Below are positions 1 to 10,469 of a DNA stretch of 64,000 nt, in pieces (position 1 is the first letter of the stretch; every line of letters starts with the position of its first letter). Below the pieces are notes generated by a model that saw nothing but the letters and a program-made list of their open reading frames with translations, was not told where the DNA came from and did not search any database. This DNA comes from Euprymna scolopes (taxonomy: Eukaryota), in the NCBI GenBank assembly GCA_053919585.1, contig CM132784.1; one strand, given 5' to 3'. The position numbers were made by a program, and so were the translations under genes.

Positions 1-1435
1 AATAAACTATTATGACCCCAGACTAGAACTTTCTGCGTAGATTTTCTGATTTCTAACAAATTAAACACCTCCACACTATTGAATATGACAATTATAATGG
101 TCTCGACAAAATTAGCGATTGGCTAACATAAACTGCTTTATTCTTCCAGACAAACTGTACATTTCTGTAATGAAAACTATAACGTGATCCTTCTCTCAAA
201 CTTAATAACTACTCACAGTTAAAGAACGTCGATTCCTAGGCATAATCTTCAGCAAAAAGTTAACATACAAAGAACATAAATTACCTCAAAACTAAATGTA
301 ACCTGACAAAATATAGTTAATGAGTAATTAGCAATACAAACTGGTGAAAAAATATGGAAAAGTATATGGATAGCTCCTCTGGTCAATGCTGCCCTATGCC
401 AGCTTCATGGATCTGGCAGAAAATCTGATCTAAGAACTGAATAGTTTTAGGAGCTTATAGAACTTCACTAATAGTCTATGCAGAAGCCTTCGAATATCCA
501 CACTCCTTGAAACAAAAGCTCATTTCATTAATCTCTACTCTTATAATCCCGCTTACAACTGTATCTTTCACCCTAAATACCCAAAACTCTTCGCCAAAGA
601 TAAAAAGCATACAACCTATAGATTACAAATAGATCAAATGCTAGAATTTAAAAAAAAATCTTTGGCTACTAAAACAACCAAAAATCTAAACTGGATAAAA
701 TATTCCAAATCTAATACCTTGCAATCTATAGAATATCTCGATATACTAGAACCATATCCAAGCTGGGCATGTATATACACGGATGGATTTAGAGCTGAGC
801 AGTCAGAAGTGCAACCCCTATCTAGCAATATCGCACTACTCTACTGTCTCAGACAACTCAATTTTCAGTGCTGAAACGGCCAAAGAATTAGTTTGGGACA
901 TCACCCTTAAAACTAACTCAAACAAATACATAATCGGTAAAAAGCAAGAACTTGAACAACCACCTAATCATCAATCTCTTACAAAGAATTATCTCCCAAA
1001 ACATTTTCTGCTGGATTCCTCAACTATACAAAGGACTAAAAGGGAACAAAAAAAAAAGTTGACATGTCTGCAAAAAGATCACTAACAATTGAACACTAGC
1101 AATATAAGTATTCTATACTGATTACAAACTTGTAATCAAAAAATACATCTAAATGGCGAGTCCTGCAAAAACAAACTTATCAAATTATGCCCAACCTTTA
1201 AAAAAACAAAAAAAAACAATCTAAGTCAAGGGAAGACTTCAAATAGGAAACTATCACACTCAAAGGGCAAAGAAGCTCCATTTTATATTCCATATCAAGT
1301 GCAAAGATCTCCAACAAACTTGCAATAATCACACTAGTATCTTAAAATAAGGATCGCGCAATAAAATTAAATCTGTATTAGATAACCTAAAAGGGTTTAT
1401 ATTTTGGTAAAAAACTTCAAATCAATGATCAATTG
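1..1435 (+). mobile_element. Decayed non-LTR retrotransposon (I/Nimb-like), 3' part of ORF2 with RT thumb and RNase H remnants
   Basis: Frameshifted remnants FLGIIF..KL, VLGAYRTS, IYTDG (ORF 638-874), SIFSAE and FCWIP-like motifs; A-rich sense strand; boundaries approximate. Confidence 0.7.
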
Positions 1436-1839
1436 ATTTTTAAAAAAAAATTCTCGCAGTTATGAGTTGTATCCTGTCCCGCAAGTACCTGTAAAAAAAA
1501 CCTATACAATGTCATGCACTAGGAGTGATATTGAGGATGACTAAACCTTTTAAATTCCAAATGAATTTTTGAGCTAATCTAAAATTGTTGGTCAAATTTA
1601 TAGTTAAAATTTGACAAAACAATTTAGCTTAGGTTTTAGTACTTGACTCTCTCATCCACCCATTTAGATGTGACCTGTTGACTTGCTTTGAAAATCACCG
1701 CTTCTCTTGTGGTGCCATAATAAATCTAGACCCCCTTGAAGGCATGTGGGCCTGATCTACTAAAAAAAAAATGCTTTGCTGAGGTGGCTCCGGTTCTCTT
1801 CAACAAATGCTAACAGATCTTGCTTTCCTGATTGCTGGA

Positions 1840-3140
1840 AAATTGCTTCTGTTGCAGTTTACAAGAATTCTGGCGACAGAACTGACCCACTTAATTATCA
1901 CCTCATTAGTTTCTGCTCTCTTTGCCAAAATCTTTGAGTCCTTAATCAGTCAAGCACTTCCCACCTCAGACAAACTTGTCCGACTGACTGAATTTAGGCA
2001 AGCCTGTTCTACTGTAGATATCCTAACTAATCTCTTAATATATATATACTAAGCACTGGATAAGGCAGGAGGAGCTAGGTTAATAGCCTTAGTAATCTAA
2101 GGCATTTAACAGGATTTGGCATGATGGTCCCATGAAAATCAAATCCTATTGTATTGCTGGGCATATACGTAACATAATCTTATCCTTAGATAAGTGAAAA
2201 CCCCAGATTGTCCTTGATGGTTGTGCATCAAAACATGAGGTCATACCACAGAGGTCAATCCTTGGACCTTTATTATTCCTGATATTCATAAATGACATCC
2301 CTGATAAAATTTTCTCTACGATGGGGGTATTTGCTAATGACACCATGCTCTATAACATACATGAGGGTAAAACAAATACCAATCTAAGGAATTGTTAAAA
2401 CTATAGAAAACCTCCAGTCTGTAGTAGAATGCGGCCATAACTGGTTGGTAATGTTTAATGGTGCCAAGACTAGGCTTATTTCCTTTAATAAATACAGGAA
2501 TTACACTGATTGCCATTCTTCCATCTCCTGGAGTTAATGTTCAGACAACATGAATTGGAACAAATACATTGAGATAATTGCCAAAGCTGCTGCAAGGAAA
2601 ATGGGTTCTCTCTACCATGCTAAAAGGCTACTCACACCTTAGAGGATCTTGTATCTCTACAAGCCCATGGTTTGCCCCTTGTATGGAGTATTGTTACCAC
2701 ATCTGGGCTGGTGCATCTGTTGTCTCACTGCTAAGCAGAGTTCAAGAGTTGTCAACCTAATAGGTCCTGCACTATCAACTCCAACTTCTGTTCCATTGCT
2801 GAAACGTGGCATCCTTGTGCTTACAAGAATTTCAATGGAAAGTGCTCTGATAAACTAAAAGCACTAGTACCACCTCGACAAACCAACAAGCAGCAAAATC
2901 CCACCCCTACACTAACGATCCCTAGATGCCGTAAAGCATTCTAATAACTTTTTTTCCCTCAAACTGCTTCACTTCGGAATTCCTTCCTATGCCTCTGCTT
3001 CCCTAACTGTACTGATATACAGAAATCAGTGCAATGTAAACTGACGTCTCGCCCAACTCCCTAAATAGTATCCCTGCAAATCTGGTTCCAAATAGTAGCC
3101 TCTCCTAACTGATTCTGTGCCTTGTTTGGGGTGAAATAAT
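1840..3140 (+). mobile_element. Decayed CR1/L2-group LINE, RT fragment
   Basis: PQRSILGPLLFLIFINDI (~2246-2300), FANDT (degenerate YADD) and PCMEYCYHIW motifs with many stops and frameshifts. Confidence 0.7.
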
Positions 3141-3272
3141 TAAGACTTGAAAATCACTCCCTACTTCATATGTAGAGGGAGATAACTCTAAACACTAAAA
3201 CTTTTACTTTAACAAATACTCTTGTAGAGAAAATGATTAAAAGTTTACCATTTTAAAAAATTTAATTTGTAG

Positions 3273-3333
3273 GTTCGGAAAACTAGTCATGCTGCCTTGG
3301 TTGTTCTACTAGAGCAAGAATTGGTTGAAAGAA
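3273..3333 (+). CDS. PPP4R1: PPP4R1 exon (first in window): VRKTSHAALVVLLEQELVER
   Basis: ttgtag acceptor and gtaagt donor; resembles recalled vertebrate PPP4R1 VRKTSQAALLALLEQELIER; ends phase 1. Confidence 0.93.
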
Positions 3334-3558
3334 GTAAGTTTATTTTAAATTGTTGAAAGCCTTCTAATTTCTTTTTTCTTTAAATTGTCCAGGTTGTTTT
3401 TAAATTCTATTAATCTGCTTTTGGTAGTATTTTCAAATTCAGAAATATGTAACTTGCAGGACCCGTGTCCCTGCAAAATTTTAAGTCTTGACTAAAAAAA
3501 ATCTGAAATCCTATTTCATTATAATTTATTAAAATGGGATTTGTTAAATAGGTGTTCT

Positions 3559-3562
<4 letters not shown>

Positions 3563-3633
<71 letters not shown>
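3563..3633. repeat. Poly(T) tract of about 70 nt
   Basis: Direct observation. Confidence 0.95.
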
Positions 3634-3637
<4 letters not shown>

Positions 3638-3948
3638 GAGCAATCATAAGTTCAAACAAAACTATTTAAATTAAATAAAATTGTCAGAAAATACATACAA
3701 TTTATCTTAAATGTTGTCCTTTAAATTTGGTGCTCTTACACAATTTGAACCAAACACGTTTATAAATTAAACTTGGTTTATAGGATTATAGTAAGAAAAA
3801 ACACTATTCAAATTCTATAAAAGTATTTTCTGTCTATTCTATAAAGATATGCTAATCATGATGTAAAAGACTGTCAGATTTTTACTGGAGCTAATCTTCA
3901 TTTGCTGTAATTTTACTAGTCAATGCAATAGATTTATTTAAATTTCAG

Positions 3949-4034
3949 TTGATGTTGAAGCCCAGGTGGTTCAAGTTTTATTGGACCTTGCTGGTCCTGG
4001 TAGTCCTGATGACTTTCGAACAGAAGCTGCTGCA
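3949..4034 (+). CDS. PPP4R1: PPP4R1 exon: (I)DVEAQVVQVLLDLAGPGSPDDFRTEAAA
   Basis: tttcag/gtaagt; phase 1 to 0; similar to DVETKVCPVLIELTAPDSNDDVKTEAVA. Confidence 0.93.
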
Positions 4035-4149
4035 GTAAGTAACCACTTTTATTTTTCTCCTATTTAAAAATTGTCTTACACCATTTTTCTTTTCCAGCTC
4101 TACCTGCCTAATATATATGCGCACCTTTGAAATTGACTGGAATGTGTTC

Positions 4150-4216
4150 GGCTTGAAAGACACGGGTAGTGAGATGCTGTACTGTAGACTTCTTACTACC
4201 CTGTCTTTCGAGTGGT
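4150..4216 (+). ncRNA. mir-71: pre-mir-71; mature 5p TGAAAGACACGGGTAGTGAGATG at 4154-4176
   Basis: Mature sequence matches the miR-71 family; complementary 3p arm TCTTACTACCCTGTCTTTCGAG at 4191-4212 closes a hairpin; first member of the cluster, as is typical. Confidence 0.95.
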
Positions 4217-4419
4217 TCATTTTATTTTCATAACTTTGGTCCAATCCAGATCTTTAAAAAGCAAACTTGCAATATTATATACTTTTTTCCCAGTCTTAAT
4301 TTTTTAATTTTTTTTAATTTTTTTTTTATTATAATTACAATGCTGTCATTAATTTCCAAGGTGTTCATTCATTCCTTTTAGTTTTCCTCTTCAGTAAAAA
4401 CCTGTATGAGGAGCAGGTT

Positions 4420-4490
4420 GCGAAGGCATCAATGCTGGATGTCATAGTAATCTCCTTGGCCTATCACAGCCAGCTTTGATGAGCCTCGTC
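4420..4490 (+). ncRNA. mir-2: pre-mir-2 copy 1; mature 3p TATCACAGCCAGCTTTGATGAGC at 4462-4484
   Basis: Canonical miR-2a sequence; 5p arm GGCATCAATGCTGGATGTCATAG pairs with it. Confidence 0.95.
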
Positions 4491-4609
4491 TCCTGCCAAG
4501 CATCACTGACTTTTTATTTTGTCAACTTTTTATTTTTCCCTTTCTCTTAGTTAAGGTTTTATTTTTGTAGCAACTTGATTACAAAAATACACAATATCAT
4601 CTGCCATGT

Positions 4610-4682
4610 CTTTTACTGACCAAGTGGCTGCGACATGTTAAACATTCTCTTCATATCACAGCCTGCTTGGATCAGTATGAGG
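4610..4682 (+). ncRNA. mir-2: pre-mir-2 copy 2; mature TATCACAGCCTGCTTGGATCAGT at 4654-4676
   Basis: miR-2 seed ATCACAG; 5p arm ACTGACCAAGTGGCTGCGACATG is complementary and has its own matching changes. Confidence 0.92.
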
Positions 4683-5215
4683 CTTTCTGGTATCACATCC
4701 TGAGCCCTTAAGAAAATCTGTCAGGCTTTGAAAAACTTTACTTCCTCTTCCCTAATTGTGGAATCAAACCCCCCCCCTCCACATCTTTGAATTGATTATA
4801 GAACCAGTTTAATCCAATTTCCTGTACCGTTGATTAAATTTTATTTTTTACACACTTAATTGGAGAGTTGATTGGTAGTTTACAGACTTTAATAAAAGTC
4901 CATAAGTGGATTTTCTAATTTTTGTAAAAAATTTAATTCTCATAAATATAACAAGTGCATTAAAAACAATTAAAATCCGTACTTGTCACTTGTAAATTTT
5001 CATTAAGGAATATAAAGAAAATTCTATAAAATGCCCTCCATCAAGTGACTTAAATTAGAATTGTAGTTTTCAAGATTTCTTTTTCTTTGCTCTCCCGACT
5101 TCGTTGTAATGGATTGCTATTCATAAGATCTAATCGGTCTTTTTATTCCTTGAAATGAAATGGCTTTGTCTTGAATTCCAGTTTGCTATTCTTTTACCCA
5201 AGAGAGAAGGCACTG

Positions 5216-5284
5216 TTGCAACTCATCAAATAGCCGTGATATGCTGACAATGACTTATCACAGCTAGCTTTGATGAGCTGGGAC
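5216..5284 (+). ncRNA. mir-2: pre-mir-2 copy 3; mature TATCACAGCTAGCTTTGATGAGC at 5256-5278
   Basis: 5p arm CTCATCAAATAGCCGTGATATG forms a hairpin with the mature arm. Confidence 0.93.
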
Positions 5285-5541
5285 TCTGCTCTTTGCTGCT
5301 TCTGTTTTATTTTGCTGTTGCTATCGCCTCTTTGCTGCTGCCCCTGCTTTCACTTCCTTTCTTGCATCCCTATCAAAGTTTCTCTGTAATTGAAATAATT
5401 ACAACCACCTTTTTTGTAAAGTTGTAAAACCAAACTAAATCTTAAAGAAAGTTTTTTTTATTGAATTTATCCTAGACTTTGATTTAAAATACAAAATCAA
5501 ACTCCTAAACCTTGAACCACTATCCTGAGACCATGACCTTG

Positions 5542-5612
5542 TTGCAACTCATCAAATAGCTGGGATATGCTGACAATATGACGTATCACAGCTAGCTTTG
5601 ATGAGCTGGGAC
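5542..5612 (+). ncRNA. mir-2: pre-mir-2 copy 4; mature TATCACAGCTAGCTTTGATGAGC at 5584-5606
   Basis: 5p arm CTCATCAAATAGCTGGGATATG; near-duplicate of copy 3. Confidence 0.93.
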
Positions 5613-6010
5613 TAGGTTTCCTCCTCGTCGTTGGTTATAAATTTAGTGTTTGTCTCGTGTTTATAAGATCAGTGGAACAGTTGTTTGACCAGTCATACTT
5701 CTTGCACCAAGAATTCTCAAATGGTTACACATTGAAGTACTAACCAACCAGAACAGTGTTTAACTAAATTAACCAGAATTTTAAGTGACTGGCTGGAAAA
5801 TAATTACTAAAGTTTATCTGTTAAAGTCTAGTTCCTCATTTATTCCCAGGCAGTGACAGGTATTCTTGCAAGTTATATTATACATTGCTAAATGTTTCCT
5901 TTCTATATTTGCTTCTGTTGGTAAATTGTATTCCCTTCTCATTTACTAATGCAGATTTCCTACCTTTGTTTGCTACACCATGATTAAATTTAACCTTTGA
6001 CCTAAGCCGA

Positions 6011-6081
6011 TTGCAACTCCTCAAAGGGCTGTGATACGCTGCCAATATGACATATCACAGCTAGCTTTGATGAGCTGGAAT
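6011..6081 (+). ncRNA. mir-2: pre-mir-2 copy 5; mature TATCACAGCTAGCTTTGATGAGC at 6053-6075
   Basis: 5p arm CTCCTCAAAGGGCTGTGATACG forms a hairpin. Confidence 0.93.
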
Positions 6082-6209
6082 ATGGTTCTCTTGCACATAA
6101 GTTGTCCCTACAGCAGATGGACATTCTCCCCCACCGCTTTGCTTTTACAATCTGGCTGCAAAAGTAATACTGTTTACATGGCTGTAATGAAAGGTATCAT
6201 CTGACCACC

Positions 6210-6278
6210 TCGCAACTCATCAACTGGTTGTGATGTGCTATCTTTGACATATCACAGCTAGCTTTGATGAGCTGTGAC
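6210..6278 (+). ncRNA. mir-2: pre-mir-2 copy 6; mature TATCACAGCTAGCTTTGATGAGC at 6250-6272
   Basis: 5p arm CTCATCAACTGGTTGTGATGTG forms a hairpin. Confidence 0.93.
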
Positions 6279-7149
6279 TTGGGCATCATCAACATGCTGG
6301 AATCAATCCTCCTGCTTTGTCTGCATAAACATTTGATCCAATTAACACAAACTATTCCCCCTTAGTGGTGCTAATGGCAAAAATTTTAGTGGTTAAAATC
6401 ATTTACTTCCCAGAACTTTTTTTTTCCTATTGTGAAATGCCATTTTAGCTCCCTTCCAAAGTACTTTTAAAAATGATCTTCCAAGAGAGAAATTTCAGTT
6501 TTATAACTTTGCCTTTATTTCCATTCAGATTTCTGAAATGCAGGTTTAGTTGTGATATGTACCAGTCTGTTTCCTGTTGGGTTGCAACCACTGTTTATCC
6601 TAGTGATTTCTTTTGAATATTCAGAAACTTTTGTAAACAAAACCTTAAAAAAAAAAAAAAAAAAAATATGCATTTTGTTGGTGCTTTTGTCTCTTTCTGG
6701 TAAACAACTGAGTAAATGCATTGTTTTATAATATATAAGCTCAACTGAAATGATTCTGAAAATGAATGAAATTTGATTGTTTACTTAGCCGGTCACTGTT
6801 TAGAATACACTGCATGCTCTTTTCAGATTGTATACTATTGCAGGTGTAAACCAAATTTCAATTTGAACTGAGGTTATGTGTATGCTTAAGTTCTATTTGT
6901 AGATATTTGTTTTGTCTTAAAATTTTTGAATTCTTTAACTGTACATGATATCAAATGAAGTCTGAAAAGCTTCTTTCCATGATCTGTCAGTGGAGTGTGC
7001 ATGCCTTTTTTGTTCAGACTTTTACAGAAGGAGATTGCTCAGCCAGACAGGCTTCTTCCTCCTCTTCCTCCCCTTCCTTTTCCTTCCCTCCCTTTGGTGG
7101 GTGGGGGGAGCTGGGTGGTGGTGGTTGGGGGGATCAAGCTGACTTCTCT

Positions 7150-7227
7150 GTTTTGGGTCACCAAAGTGGTGGTGATGTGTTTCTAATTCCATTCCCATAT
7201 CACAGCCAGCTTTGATGAGCTCAAACA
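7150..7227 (+). ncRNA. mir-2: pre-mir-2 copy 7; mature TATCACAGCCAGCTTTGATGAGC at 7198-7220
   Basis: 5p arm GTCACCAAAGTGGTGGTGATGTG; extended lower stem TGTTTTGGG/CTCAAACA. Confidence 0.93.
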
Positions 7228-7253
7228 TGAGACTCGGCCTACAATGGCTAGCA

Positions 7254-7329
7254 TCTCCTTTCATCAAAGTGGCTGTCATACGTTACCCTTAATCTCATTC
7301 GTATCACAGCCTGCTTTGATGAGAGGAAG
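7254..7329 (+). ncRNA. mir-2: pre-mir-2 copy 8; mature TATCACAGCCTGCTTTGATGAGA at 7302-7324
   Basis: 5p arm TTCATCAAAGTGGCTGTCATACG forms a hairpin. Confidence 0.92.
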
Positions 7330-10300
7330 CCCTTCACTACAAACCTCCACGATGCCTCCTCTTCTAACAGAAACCAAACCATCATTCTACCCTGTGTATT
7401 TTGCTGCCGTCCCTCGACTTGATTGCCCCCCCTCCTACTGTATTAAATTTTATCGCTTTGATTTTATTTTAACATATGTATATTTGACAGTTTTTTTAAT
7501 CTTTTTTTATTCTTTAAATCTGAATAGTCTCGCTGATTCAACCAGATCTGTGTCCATCCCAAATGGAACTTATGAGATTTAATGATATATGATTGACAAA
7601 AAAAAATCTAATACTGTTCATCATACTGATAAGTGCCCCACCCATTCTCTTAACACAAAACTGCTTTGTTAGATGGTTTGGAATGCATTCCCAAAACTTT
7701 ACCTTGAGTTTTGCCTATTAAGAAAACATCTAAAAAATTTAAAGCTTTATTAGGCAGCATTCCTGTTTAAAAGGGGGGAAGGCATTGTGCCATCCTCTTA
7801 TTTCTCTGAGGTGCTTTGTCTAGAGCAAATCTGACTCTAATGTTCATAGTTAAAAATTAGTCGAGCCATTTCCATAGTTTGGCAAAGATCTTGCCTGGAA
7901 GTCTAAGTAGATAACCTAGCAAAATATCACAACTGTTTATGTGGTGGTAATAGAATGCTGAAAAATTTGTTTTGAAACCATCGACAAAAGGCCTTGATTT
8001 CTAATTTCTATCAAATTGGTCAGTGTTTTCAGTTGGTTTTCTCAATTTTGTAGTCCACCTTTTAAAGTTTGGTTAACTTGCGATTATCCAAAAAAAAAAG
8101 ACTTTATTCTATAAACTGAACCACTTGAAGTTTTCAGCAAATGCTCATTTTGACCCCCCCCCCTTTTTTTTTTAAATTTAAAAAAAAAAACTTTTATAAA
8201 CTTTATTACAAAAATTGCACCATTGGAAAATGGATTGAAATTTAAAGTATTTCTTGTTGGTTGTATACATAGCAGACAAATGTCAAAAATATCTTTTACA
8301 TACTTGGTCTAGAAATTTCAATATTGGTAGGATAAAAGTACCTCTTATCCCTCTTATAAAGGAAATTCATAGTTGTCTCTAATTTTTAAAGTCAAAAGTA
8401 TCATTAACCTTCAAATTTAAATAAGATTGAAAAAATTTACATTGTACAAAATATTTTGGGACTTAATGCTTTTCAGTTTAACTTATTTCTTGATGGTGCA
8501 TAAACTAAATTTTATCCAATTATCTAAACCATAAATCTCAACTAGTAAATCATATTCCTTAAGAGTGCATTTTTGGGAGAAGGGCACAACTGATTGTGCC
8601 CATGTTGCTCTTTAGAGGAATACCAAATCTATAATAATGAAACCCGTCTCTGTAAATATTTAACTAAGTTCTTAAACTACTAATCACATAATACTGAAAT
8701 TAACAGGCAATATTAATTGTACACCAAAGATGGTTTTAACAATTAAAAATGTGTTGATGAATTAGCAATGCACTGATTTCAAGGGTTTCTGCTAAAATTG
8801 TCATTTAAAAAGCCAAAGCAGTGTAGTTCCTTAAAAAAAAGATACAAAGAAAAACCGTTTTTGTTTAGAAATGAATTAATAACTAAGGTACATTATATAT
8901 TTTAAGAATTTGAAGCAAATAAATTGATAAAAATGTTAACCTTAAACTTAAACAGCATTTTCAGTAAGATTTTGTAATGAATGCCTGTACCACGCTTGTA
9001 TTAAGAATTTTGTCATGAAATTTGGAAAATAACTAAAGATGTGACTTCTAATAGTTTGATGTCCGAAATTCTTGTGACCACTCACTTTTGTTAAAGACTT
9101 CAACATGACAAGTATTAAATATTTTTCCAAATTTTCTTTGGACACTCGCTGTTAACAAAAACAAAGATTTAAGTGTAATTGTAACATATTTCCTTAACGT
9201 TTTCCTTTCCATAACAGAACTGAGCAATTTAAAATCATGAAAAATTTTCCTATTTTAAAAAGTATCTAAAAACTATCTGCAGCAGCAATACTATCAGCGC
9301 TAGCATTGCTGTAAACAAATGATTTAATTTTTTTTTCCAGAACAAATTAAAATTGACGACAAAATGTTCTTACTATTGGAGCTATTTTGTTACCAGAACA
9401 TAATTAGCTTACAGCTATTCAGTTATAGCAATCTCAACCAGTCTGGCGTTATTTCTGGTCAAATTTAAATTAACGGAAGGTATTAATCTACAATCCTTTT
9501 ATACACAAAATGCATTACACTTCAATTTTGTTTAACTTTTAATGGATACATGCAATTTTTAAGGAATTGCAGTATATTTGTGTGCATTTACTGCAAATTA
9601 TTTGGAAACCATTTTCTTGAGATTCAGTAGGATATTCTAATTCCTAGCACAAAAATATACCTATATGGTAAATTTCATTGTTTAATCTTGTGTTTTAACA
9701 AAGATGACATTTACTGAAAAAAGTAGTGTGAAAAAGTGACAAGATGCATGTAGTCTTAAAGATGGAAAAATATCCAAACGTGAAAGGCACAAAAATAGTC
9801 ATAACTTTAATTTTATTCAGATTTTAAAAATTCTATTCTAAGCTAATTAATCTTATATATATATATATATATATATATTGAAATATTTTGACCGATTTCA
9901 ATTTTTTCATGTGTATTGCTAAATGGATGATTAACATGTACTAATATATCGACAGGTTGATATGCAACTGTTCATTTAAACTTGTCAACATTTTTACTTT
10001 CTGCACATGCCCAAATTCAATTAATGTCTTCAAGTTAATATTAAATCTGTCTTGCCTATCTATCATTAGCTAATCAGGAGGCACAGCTGGAGTATTAAAT
10101 GTCTTGGTTTAAAATCTATTCCAGCTGATGGCACCCAAGCCCCCCCCCCTCACTATAATAAGCATAAATTATATAGTCCCCCTATAGGAGTCTAATGGAG
10201 TATTGAATTAGGTAATACTAGGATATTTTGTGAGTAGAACTAGTATTTAAGTGTTCCTGATTTTTCACTCTATAAGACTAGCAGGAATATCTGTCCAGAG

Positions 10301-10434
10301 AGGAGTTCATGAAGAATTATCTAGATTGCATGGCCAGTTTTAAGAAAACATTGATACAGTTTATTTTATGATTAAATTTTATGTTTAATCAGACAATTCT
10401 ACGTCCTGATTATCAAACGTGATTGGATAACATT

Positions 10435-10469
10435 GGCCTTCATGACAAGATCAGTGTAGTATCTGTTCT
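10435..10469 (+). pseudogene. Short U2 snRNA-like fragment (5' region including the branch-site recognition sequence)
   Basis: GGCCTTcatgacAAGATCAGTGTAGTATCTGTTCT versus U2 GGCCTTTTGGCTAAGATCAAGTGTAGTATCTGTTCT; 17-nt exact core; no rest of U2 visible. Confidence 0.6.

Noticed and set aside
4690-4706. gtatcacatcctgagc as an extra mir-2 copy
   Set aside because: Seed mismatch and no hairpin partner
4420-7329. Recurring TATCACAGC...TTTGATGAGC motif as a CRISPR repeat, SECIS or snoRNA box array
   Set aside because: Irregular spacing, each copy has its own complementary arm, and the sequence is the miR-2 mature sequence
6955-7582. Overlapping short ORFs across mir-2 copies 7 and 8
   Set aside because: Low-complexity translations of non-coding hairpin and pyrimidine/G-rich DNA with no splice-consistent link to the gene
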